20,000 bases of DNA from contig JAPETS010000008.1 of NCBI GenBank assembly GCA_026023565.1, forward strand, positions 862,685 through 882,684. Direction: 5' to 3'. A program made the translations under genes and the position numbers. The DNA comes from Cirrosporium novae-zelandiae. Its lineage: Eukaryota. The notes under the pieces were generated by a model. It had not been told where the DNA came from and did no database searches. It saw only the letters and a list, made by a program, of their open reading frames with translations. Shown here piece after piece: positions 1 to 10,240 of this stretch; positions within the stretch are counted from its first letter, which is position 1, and every line of letters begins with the position of its first letter.

Positions 1-3000
1 TGTAGAAAACCTATTGGATGTTATATCTTGTGATAGACGGCGAGGTGAAGAAGCTGGTTCGCTGTCTCTATCTGAGGCGTGATTGCCAGAAACTAGATTC
101 CTGAGTGAAGCTGCTACACTCGCTGTTCGCTTCAGGCCTAAAGACAGATAGCCGGGTCTACTCTCTGTATGTTGTTTGGATGGAGATGCATTTGTTGAGG
201 GAGGGGGTTCAGGAGCCTCGGTTATATTACCTTTGGAAGAATTCTGTTTCCGAGATAAGCGCACGATATCGTCTATAGCAGACTGTGCCAGATCAGAAAG
301 AGGGGATTGTAGCAAGGCCTCATGAATATAGTCCACAACTATTCCGGCATCACGCTTCACTTCAGGGAACGGGTCGACAGAGAGTATGAGAAGCTGCTTC
401 CAGAGAGATGCAAAAACAGTATTGCGAGATACTAAGTCATTTAACGAACTGCGTTCTCTAGGCGGCGAAGAACGACTAGGGCTAAATATACTGTGATCAG
501 TTGCGCCCATGGCATCCACGGGTGGGTGCAAATAATTGTCTCTTTCCTCTAGGAATTGTTCGTAGGCAACGACGAGAAATTTATTCTCATACCGTTTAAT
601 AAAGGCAGAGAAGAAGACAGAAAGCTCCTTTCGCACCATTGGACTTCCGTCGGTGGTCATTATTAAGACGCTCGATGCAATCGATTCCTCAATTTGAGCT
701 ACCTGATCTGTGACATCCGGGATACCTAGGAAGTTTGTTAGGGCATGTAGCATGGCTGCTCGAACTTCTGGCACAGGGTCTAGGACCAATTCGCATAATC
801 TCTGATGTGCTAGGCAGCGGATCCCAACCCATTTGGCCTCTGGATGGTTCACCCATAACATGCTGATACAAAGACATGACCATTGCCTGAGCAGAGGATT
901 ATCTAGGTCTAGCAAGTGTTTGAGGCAGGCTTCAATAAGTTCTGGGGAGAGACAGACAACCTGCCCTTGATGATAGTCCTTACAGAACATGGCGATGATG
1001 AATGCACACATTGCTCGATGTTCGCTGGCATTCCCCACAGGAATCACATTCATCGGGCTTAGGATGCTGATAAAGTACTGGTAACCACTGTCCTTCAGAA
1101 GATCGTTTTGGCAGGTCTGATCAACAGCAAGAATTCTCGCCCAGATGAAAACCATTACTGGTTTCAACTCTTGTGCAGCCGATTGAAGTAACTTTAGGAC
1201 ATACGGGAAAATACCAATGCTGAGGGCAAGGTTGACAGCCCATGGTCCGAGGTCGAGAAATTTACTCAAAAGAATCAATGCTCGTAGACGATGAGCTTGG
1301 CTTAAAAGAACTTGGAGAACAATAGGTAACTGGGAAGGTATATTATGTTCTGTGGCACCTTGGGTCAGGTAGACTTCAAATGCAGTAAGTTGTTCAGAGA
1401 AGAAGGCAGAGTGCATATATTCGTAAGGTCGCCGCTGGGCCTCGCCCTCAAGGAGATTGGGAAGTTGAGAGATGACCATCTCGATAGCAAGATCCCAACT
1501 CTGCCACAATGGGTGATGGTGGGTTTCTGGGAGCTCAGGTATTGACATAGGATGACAATGATGTGCCCGCATAATTCGTTCGCTGAGAAGAAAATTACGA
1601 AATAGTGCCGCAACCATTAAATCCTGTCTAAAGAGTTTTTTGAATAGTCCTCGAGGCAGTGTGTTCCATGCTATTGTGTCTGTAATCGCTGTAAAGATCC
1701 AGTTTAGTTCTCCCAACGGGCTTCGTCTATCCTGTAGTCGGCCTGGCACATGAAACTCCTCCATAGTAATTCCAGCGGGGAGGGGGTTTTCGAGAAGGTA
1801 ATATCGTAAAGCAATATCTATAGGAGTTGTCAAGCAACATGTGAAGAGATCCGATGGGAGTTCTGGATTTGTAGGAAGTGTCTCCGTGCGCCCACATGCA
1901 GCTAGTAGAATACAGTCCGAGAAGCTTTGCAATTGAGCAGTTGGCTCCCTTTTCCTAACTTCTTGGTTCTCTCGCTCATGCCTGTCCACATTAGCGGGGA
2001 AATTATGGAGAATGTTTCCAGCATGAGAACAGTCGAGGACATAAAGGCTGGGACCGGCAAGCCACCCCACGACATCATGGAGGGATATAGGGATATACTG
2101 GGTGTAGTTTTTGTTAAAAACCCACAGTTCACCTGATTGTGTGGGTAGCGGAACTCCATGGCCGTTGTAATGGAACAAAATCCGTTCATCTTTCGCATTT
2201 CTTCGAAGAGATACGCAGAATTTCTTCATTTCATCTACCGAAGGGTCCAGGTACTGTTTGTATCTCGTTCGTATGCTGAGTGTCTCATACTGTTCTTGGA
2301 GCTTCTTCCCAATCTGTTCCATGACCTTGGTGGCACCACTTGTTGTAGCAGTCGGATCTACCCAGCATTCAAGCTTCGCACAGGGGTTTGGCTTGACTAC
2401 ATCTGGAGGATCAACACCAATATTGAGGCAAATCACCAAGGCGGCTGAAACAGTCTTTAAACGGTCCTTCATCCTCCATTCCTGGAACTGATCGCTCTCA
2501 GTTATTGTTTTCGGGTTTCCGCCTGTTTCGTGTCGCTTGTCTGTAAAGTACATATAAAAGGACTAAAGTGATGTTAGTGCAAAAGAAATGGGTCAAAGAT
2601 TGCAGTCGTACCTACCGAATGCAAAAGTTGCAAATATTCTCCAGATGCATACTCATCCTCCCATCCATGCCTCATATTCCACCCATCATCCTCCGAACCA
2701 GTTTTTTCAACGCCGGATTTTCCCACCGCAGGACTTTGAGATCGCGGTCCAAAATCACTTTTTGTGCGCACCAATGCTTTTGATGCAGGATCCTTACTCT
2801 GGCCATTTAGTCCATCATCTTGCTTTATCCCATTTGTTACGCCATTATTGACATGAACTATTGAAAGATCTGAGGGTGTTCTGCCATTTGGAGTGATTGC
2901 AGTTTTTGGTCGCCCGACAGAAAAGGAATTTATAAAAGGTTGCTGTTGAAATGCTGGGGTGTTTTCATTTGGCCTGAGAGGCTGTGGGGTTGTCAGGCTG

Positions 3001-3161
3001 GAGCTTTGATGCGACGGGGTATTGTCGTCGAGGTTGAATGTTAGTCGTCGACCGATGTTTGGGGTTCTCCTGGGGAGGTTCACTTGAGCATTATATCCAT
3101 TCGCGACAGCACGATGCTGCATGTCCGGCGCCATAATTGCTTCTGAGGGTACGATTTTCAT
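1..3161 (-). CDS. KOG1: TORC1 scaffold subunit Raptor (Kog1/Mip1), 5' partial. Exons 3161-2616 and 2562-<1; continues beyond the left edge (C-terminal WD40 region not in window). Alternative in-frame start at 3134.
   Basis: Hand translation: 2562->1 is open for 854 codons with no stop. It contains Raptor hallmarks WRMKDRLKTVSAALVICLNIGVDPPDVVKPNPCAKLECWVDP, FHYNGHGVP, GELWVFNKNYTQYIP and FLDLGPWAVNLALSIGIFPYVLKLLQS. Exon 1 (ATG 3161, 182 codons, ...GWEDEYASGEYLQLLHS) joins in phase 0 to SFYMYFTDKRHETGGNPK. Confidence 0.96.
2563..2615 (-). other. Spliceosomal intron 1 of Raptor (53 nt)
   Basis: Minus strand reads GTAGGT...GCACTAAC-ATCACTTTAG; removal restores a continuous Raptor frame. Confidence 0.92.
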
Positions 3162-3345
3162 TTCCTCATTGTTCTTTGGAGAAGTTGCAGAAGTGGCGAG
3201 GAAAAACTAATCTCATGGAGATTTCGGATGATGTTTACACTTTTATTCGTAGAGAGTCAGATTCGGTGGATCATCAGAAGATATTTGGGAGGAGGTTGGG
3301 TGAGTGTTGGGCGAAAGGGAAGCTCGTAAGTTGCTGAGCTACCAT
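3158..3345 (-). promoter_or_regulatory. Cluster of four candidate upstream ORFs in the presumed Raptor 5' leader
   Basis: ATG-initiated ORFs at 3345-3274 (23 aa), 3274-3257 (MIHRI), 3216-3166 (16 aa) and 3169-3158 (MRK). The sequence is certain; whether they lie in the mRNA depends on the unknown TSS. Confidence 0.5.
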
Positions 3346-3895
3346 GGGACTGTACAAGCTTTGACCGAGACCTCTACGGTAAGAAGAGGAGGGTTTGAAG
3401 GAGGCTGTCGATGTTTATTTTTAATAATGATGAACAAGGGAGGGGACAGGTAATAAACAATCAGAATTACACAGAATCAAAGAAGATGTACCTATTAAAG
3501 TAGAATTTAATTGAAGAATGCTGTGAAAATGAATATCAAAAGCTGGCCAGTGATCAATGAGTGCGTGAGTGAGTGACCTCTATTTTCCTGTTACCTTCTC
3601 TCCGCCAAAGATCCAAGGCTAATATGTAATATGAGCCTAAACAAGAGCCGCATCGTTCAGTAGTCGGCTCCAAGTTCCGATCCCTTGTTTCCCCTCTCTC
3701 ACGGATCGCTTTAGTATCCTCAAGTAGCTTCAAAATGCTGAAGGTCTACTATATCTACCTAGGTACCTTCAACATAGCTGCTATGTCTTGCTCGGTCTTG
3801 ACTCTCAATGACATTTCCCTGACGGCATCTACCGTTTGCCAAGCACACAGAAAAAATACCTGGATACTTTTCAGTTCTCACATTTCACTTTCTAC

Positions 3896-3918
3896 ATAAT
3901 TAATTATTAATTAATTAT
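3896..3918. repeat. AT-only palindrome ATAATTAATTA-T-TAATTAATTAT
   Basis: Perfect 11-bp inverted arms around a central T, read directly. Confidence 0.8.
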
Positions 3919-5090
3919 TTCTCATATCTCATTCACTTCATCATTCTTTAAACAACCGATATATAGCAAAAAAAGATCCATTTAGAATTTGACCAAGTTA
4001 GAGTACGAATTATGAAGTAATTAGCAGGCTCTGACCTTGTACATCAGGATACTCTCATACGGTCAACCCGTATATTTAAATCCCGTGGTCGATTCTTTCT
4101 CGTGCTAGGCAAGGCCTTCCATGTTCTTAACAACGTCATGTTCCACTATTCGTGTTACTATTTCCATTGATTTACAAGACAGTTTTAGTAGCACGTATTT
4201 TTGGTTTAGATTGCAGAATTCTGAATACGAAGGAGGCGCGTAATTTAAAAAAAAAAGGTTGGAAGTATGCACTTAATATTAGACGCGTTTTTCGAAGGTT
4301 TAAGTTGTTTAACTGATAGCAGAAGGTAGCAAGTAGTTAGTGGGAACAGGAAGAGGTTGGGATAAGAAAGTTTATGTCTGTAGGAAAATAAATAAGAATC
4401 AGAGTAGACATTACTGCATTGTTTGTAATGTAGGTCTTATAGTAAATGTCTTTTAATAGGATTGATTACCTAGATACTTTGTGGAAGCGGATGGATTAGA
4501 GAACGAAGGGAGGGAAGAATTTTTTTTTTTTCGTGACGATCCCCCTAAAATGGATGAAACAACTAGAGTAGAGAGTTCTCTCTTTGGTCGTTCCTCTTTA
4601 CTTTCTATGGCTTACAGTATGGTCGTAGAGTCCTAAAACCTGTCCTGTCCAAGCCTTTCATATCCCAAAGATCCCAAGGGTTATTCACACCTGCCTACCT
4701 TCCACCCCCCAAATTATCTCTCAGCCCAGCCAGGCGATTGAATTTTTGCTTTGACATGTATAAACCCTTTTTCGGACCTGTCTAAATTTCTCACACCTTC
4801 TTTTGAACCCTTCTTTACACCCTTGATATATCAAGCTATCTACCTGCTACATCCAAGGCCGATAAAAAAATAAAAAACATAAAAATAAATAACCATACCA
4901 CACCAGTACCAGTACTGATACCCATACCAATACCAAAAGCAAAGTTCCTCTGCTCCATTTTTACCCCTGGACGGAAGCGCGGGCCATCTCCGCCCCTTGT
5001 TCGGCTTTTGATTCGCTTTTCTTGCTGAGGAACAACAATTATTCTTTTGCTGGCCCCAGAGCAAGCCTGCAAGGCCCAAAGGCCCCATCC

Positions 5091-5111
5091 CCAATCTCCA
5101 ATCTCCAATCT
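5091..5111 (+). repeat. (CCAATCT)x3 tandem heptamer containing three CCAAT motifs
   Basis: CCAATCT at 5091, 5098 and 5105, about 310-330 bp upstream of the kelch gene ATG. Confidence 0.8.
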
Positions 5112-5418
5112 TCCAACCTCGATCCATCCAAACATACCTACCTCGCCGCCACCAAATAATATTCAAGCGCCCTGCATAATTGAACCTTTCGTTATTCCAA
5201 CTGTTTCCGTGTTTCCATCGTCATCTTGGGTCCGATGCTTCGATCAAGTCCACCAACTTCGTCCCGTCTCATACAATCATCGGTCAATCCATTTAACCCT
5301 CACTCCTGACTCGCGCAACTAATCCTCAAATCTCCATTTTTGGTAACATAGCTACGATATCGAATTGCGTAGCGTTCGAGGGAAATAGAGCCGCTGAGCT
5401 CGACCGATTTCGGTGCCC

Positions 5419-8400
5419 ATGGCGTTTTTGTTCAAGTCCAAGAAACATAACAATGCGCTTCCACCTTCTTCTGCACGGGAAATACACACACCGGACAGTG
5501 CAACCCGTCCAGCACCGAACAACAATGCAACAGGAGGAAGGCCCAGGAGGCCATCACAGACACCCACTCCTGGTAGTAGTGTCAACAACTCTTTAAGCTC
5601 GTTACGTGGGCCACTATCAGAAAGCCCCGAGTCGAAAGTCAAGGGAAATAGTTCGCTCGAAAGGTTAATAGAAGAACCGGTAAAGGTATGTCGAGAATGC
5701 CTAATTTCTTAATTATTTACGGCCTTGAAGGATTTCGGTCACTGCTCGTGTTTACTGACGGATTTCACTACCTTTAGGTACAACAAAATGGGCCAATGGG
5801 ACCTCCTACCACCAAACCTCCAGGTGGTCCTCCCCCCACAAGCCCACCACCAAATAACCCAAACGCTTCCTTATATCCATGGTCACAGCGGCGGTTTAAG
5901 TTCACCTCTTCGCAAGCTCCGCCGTTTCCCCGATATGGAGCTGCTATTAACTCTGTATCCAAGGAGGGTGACATCTACATGATGGGTGGCTTGGTCAACG
6001 GTTCAGTAGTCAAAGGGGATCTATGGATGGTTGAGGCTGCAAGTGGTAACCTTTCTTGTTACCCTATACCGACTTTTTCAGATGGTCCAGGTCCAAGAGT
6101 TGGTCATGCTAGTTTACTTGTTGGCAATGCATTTATCGTCTTCGGTGGAGATACAAAAACCGAAGAGAATGACACATTGGATGATACCCTGTATCTTCTA
6201 AATACTTGTAAGTAACATGGTTATTTGTGTGGTAACTGTCTAACCAAATTGCAGCTTCTCGTCACTGGTCAAGAGCCAACCCTTCCGGTCCAAAGCCCGC
6301 AGGTCGATATGGCCACACACTAAACATTCTAGGGTCAAAAATCTACGTTTTTGGTGGACAAGTCGAGGGGCTATTCTTCAATGATCTGGTTGCTTTTGAT
6401 CTGAATTCTCTTCAAACTGCGAATAGCAAGTGGGAATTGTTATTAAAGAATACTATGGAGGGCGGACCACCAGCAGGCTCAGTTCCCCAGCCTAGAACCA
6501 ATCATTCGGTTATCACCTGGAACGAGAAACTTTTCCTGTAAGTGTAACTGCTTTCTTTGCTTTTTTTCTGGTGGCTTATTGAATGCAGGTTCGGCGGAAC
6601 AAATGGCGAACAATGGTTTAATGATGTTTGGACTTACGACCCTCAAACTAATTCCTGGTCTGCACTCGATTGCATTGGATACATACCAGCTCCACGTGAA
6701 GGCCATTCAGCTGCTTTAGTGGGCGACACGATGTATATTTTTGGAGGCAGGACAGATGAAGGGCATGATCTTGGTGATCTGGCAGCTTTTCGGATTCCAT
6801 CGCGACGCTGGTATACCTTCCAAAATATGGGACCCGCCCCCTCTCCTCGTTCTGGGCACAGCATGACAGCGTACAATAAACATATCATAGTTATGGCAGG
6901 AGAGCCAAGCTCTTCGACACGTGACGTGGGAGAACTCAGCCTGGTATATATTCTGGACACATCAAAAATTCGCTATCCAAATGACCAGCATGTGCAGCAA
7001 ACCCCCGCCGGGGAAAGGGTTCCTGGAAATCGCCGACCGAGCGGTAATAGGGAAATGATAAGGGGGGGCCCTACCCAGCATCGGGAGAGCCCCAATGGAC
7101 CCCCGGACGGTATGAAGGGCAGACATACTCCTTCACGGGAGAGCATTATGGGTGGACCTCCTGGACAATCTCCAAGGAACGTTGACCCAAACACCATGAA
7201 TGGTGGTCCTGTTGGAAACATGGGCTCTAGGCTCCCCCGTGCTTCGATGGCTCAAAGCCCACCTGGTCCACCTCCACAACAACAAGCACCTGTCCCGCAA
7301 ACAAATGGCAATGGGCCTCGAAGTAAGACTCCAACAAAGAATGAGAGGATGCATGGACCTCCAGTGGATACTGGACGAGCCGCAGCTATTCAGAAAGAGA
7401 GCCAAAGAGAAGTCAGATCACCTCGTGAAAATAGTCCAATTACAAATGTCGATTTGGCAAGCCTACACGGTACTGGTCGTCACACGCCAAGTCAGCAGGC
7501 AACGAGAATCACGTCTCCGGCTATAGCCGCTAAAGCCATGGAAGCTGGAGAAGCTGCTCCCTTGGTAAGGAGCGAGTCGCTACGTTCTCGATCGCGACAT
7601 GGCCGGCAACATAGTTCGATGTCTAGTGTGAATGATAGCTGGGCCAAAGGTGCGTCCGAAAGCCGACAAGGGAACCACAGTCAAGGTGATGGTGCTGCAG
7701 ATGGGCCACAATCACGAAGTAGAGAAGATGCCCCAAAATCACCGAGGTTAAGTTCTCAGAATTTGGCCATCATGAAAGAGTTGGAGTCTTTAAGGACTAA
7801 GAATGAATGGCTTGCATCGGAACTGGCTTTAGCACGCAAATCAGGATACCAACCAAATTTCTCGAATCATTCCATTATTGATGAAGGAGCAACTGCATCA
7901 CTAAGTGACAGTGATCGACCTTTAATAGAAGCATTGCTTGCCATGAAAGCTGAACTTGCTAATATGCAAAGTTCTGTAGAAGAGCAAGCAGCAACTGCAG
8001 CACGGAAGATGGGAGAGGTGGAACAGCAACGCGATGCTGCTGTTGCGGAAGCAGTTTATGCCCGAGCTAAATTGGCTGCTCAGAGTGGTTCTAGCCCGTC
8101 GGGCACACCTCAGCTGGAGCATCCATCGAGGGAAATAAATGAACTCCAGGCTGACCATACGCAAGAAATTAGCCGTAGACTTGCTTCATCTCTCGCGGCC
8201 CAAAATGAATTGAAAAATAAGCTTGAGGTCCTGGCAGCCGACTTACAGTCCGAGAAGCGCGCTAGAGCCATGGCTGAGGAAACAGCAGAAGCAGCAGCGA
8301 AACATGTATCAAGTCTTGACCAGCAACAAAACAGCATGGAGTTAGAGAGCTTGAAAGCCGAATTACATCAGGTTCAAAAAGAAGCTAGGGAAGCGGCTGC

Positions 8401-10240
8401 TGAACACGGTGAAGTCGAAACCGCTATGAGGATGTTAGAAGTAGAAAAGGAGGATTTGTCGAGACGACTAGATGAAATTCAATCAAACTCTCAAGGACAT
8501 AACAGCACACTGAGCTCTCTTCAAGAAGCTCTTACTGCTTCTACGGATAAGGCATCGTTGTTACAGCAAACCCTGAACGAAGAACGCAGCGCCCGAGAGT
8601 CTTTGGAGGAGCGGCTACGAGAGTTACGAGCAGAATATGAAGAGAGCACTGCAGAGTTGGAAAGCGTAACCAGGAAGCTTAGCGAAGCAGAGAAGTTGGC
8701 TGAAGCTAATGCAAGAGAGGCTAATACACACCGCGAAGCTGTTCTTGCTGGATTACACAAACTTACTTTGGGCCAACAAGATAGTCCGACCCCCAGCTCA
8801 GCAGATTCACGTGTAGCTATTCTTCAAGAGCAGATGGAGCAGGCTAACAATCTTGTCCGAAGCAATCAAGCCGCTGCAGATGATGCGTCTGAGAAGCTTC
8901 GAAAGGCCGAAGAGCGTATTGCTGGACTCGAGGCTTACCAAGAACAAGCCAGTAGGGAAGGCCTTCAGATCCGCCGACAACTACAATCCGTGACCAAAGA
9001 GTCACAGGCACTGAGCGCAGAAAACGCCGGAATCAAACGCCTTTTGGAAACCCAGCAGCGGGATGCCAGTGCATTGGCCGTTCAACATGGTGCTCTGAAG
9101 GATCTACTGGGTGAGCGTGGTATTAGCGTTGCTGAGGCCAGAATGTCTCGCAGTTTGGACAGCCCAGGGTCTCGGTTCGGTACCCCGGAACAGGCTCGTC
9201 TTCGAGAGCTTGAACAGCAGCTAGAGCAAAGCCTCAAAGCCCATGAAGATACAAAATGCGTGTTTGAGTCTCGGGAACAAGAAGCCGACCGAGCTTATCG
9301 CGAGAAGCTCGAGCAGCTCGAGCAAGATTATCAATCGGCTGTGCACTATGTCAAGGGAACCGAGAAAATGTTGAAGCGTATGAAGGACGAATTATCCAAA
9401 TACAAAACGCAAAATTCTCGCCTACAAAGTGAACTCGAAGAAGCAGCCAGTGGTAAATCCGAAGGAGATTCTAACCGTGAAGCACCTCCCAGTTGGGAGC
9501 ATGAGCGGGAAGAACTACATAAAGAGCTTGAAGATATACAAGAGCAACTACATACTTCCGTTTCTCAATTAGAAAGCCAATTGCAAAGTGTCAATACTGA
9601 ACTTCAGTCGACGAAGGATGACCGGGATAGATGCCAGATGGAAAATGAGAACATACGACAAGAGCTTACAAAGGCTACCGAAAAATCCCGCGAAGAACTC
9701 GAGCAATTGAAAAAGGAAAATTCCTTGCTGGAAGCTCGTGCCCTCGATGCCGAACAACGAGTCAACTCGTTGCTTGAACAAGTTGAGATATCTGTTGATA
9801 ACTATCGACGTCAGTCTCAACAACTACCGCCCAATGGCATTTCTGGACATCAGCGTAATCTAAGTGGGACATCTACGACCGAAGAGCGGCCTAGTACCGA
9901 TAATGAATCTCGATCAAACTTTGGTCCAGATAATCGCAATTCAATGGCACTGGATAGTCTAGCATCCGAGCTTGATGCTCTGCGGTCACACTGGGAGAAC
10001 TCGCATCGGAATTACCGGCTAAGCAGCCAATTTGATTTTGAGAAGACTCCTACTAGTCCCCCGCCAGATTTTAATGATAGTTTGGCGAATTGGAGAAGGA
10101 AGCTAGAGTTGGAGGAGGCTGAGGCAGCGCATAATGAGGATGGCAAGGGTGGCTCTTCGGAGAAGAATGAAGGCGCCACGAATCGTGTAGTTAGTCCAAT
10201 ATCTACACGGCAGGAAGGGCAGCCTATGAATGTGATGTGA
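5419..10240 (+). CDS. teaA: Kelch-repeat / coiled-coil cell-end marker (TeaA/Tea1/Kel1 family). Exons 5419-5685, 5778-6207, 6255-6537, 6589-10240; about 1543 aa.
   Basis: Starts MAFLFKSKK. Six kelch blades (PFPRYGAA..YMMGG, PGPRVGHA..IVFGG, PAGRYGHT..YVFGG, PQPRTNHS..LFGG, PAPREGHS..YIFGG, PSPRSGHS..VMAG), a Pro/Ser-rich linker, a long E/Q/A/L-rich coiled coil and C-terminal SMALDSLASELDALRSHWE..NYRLSSQFDFE. Three GT-AG introns restore the frame (4632 nt in total). Confidence 0.92.
5686..5777 (+). other. teaA intron 1 (92 nt, phase 0)
   Basis: AAG|GTATGT ... TACTGAC ... CCTTTAG|GTACAA; frame-preserving. Confidence 0.85.
6208..6254 (+). other. teaA intron 2 (47 nt)
   Basis: GTAAGT ... TCTAAC ... 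TTGCAG; joins YLLNT-S-SRHWSR inside the kelch domain. Confidence 0.92.
6538..6588 (+). other. teaA intron 3 (51 nt)
   Basis: GTAAGT ... ATGCAG; joins EKLF-L-FGGTNG. Retention gives an immediate TAA. The branch site is non-consensus (GCTTAT is the best match). Confidence 0.9.

Noticed and set aside
689..2851. Many 64-98 aa ORFs on both strands
   Set aside because: Antisense or alternate-frame shadows of the Raptor coding exons, with no recognisable motifs.
3890..4500. AT-rich spacer as a possible RIP-decayed transposon
   Set aside because: No terminal repeats, target-site duplication or transposase/RT remnants seen; only a trivial 7-bp hairpin (ACATTAC/GTAATGT).
4836..5322. ORFs 4836-5135, 4840-5166 (W/Y/G-rich) and 5047-5322
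   Set aside because: Their odd composition is simply the translation of short tandem repeats and A tracts upstream of teaA.
6557..6588. ORF-track start MLFFWWLIECR of the 1227-aa ORF
   Set aside because: A non-ATG start inside intron 3; the protein begins at 5419.
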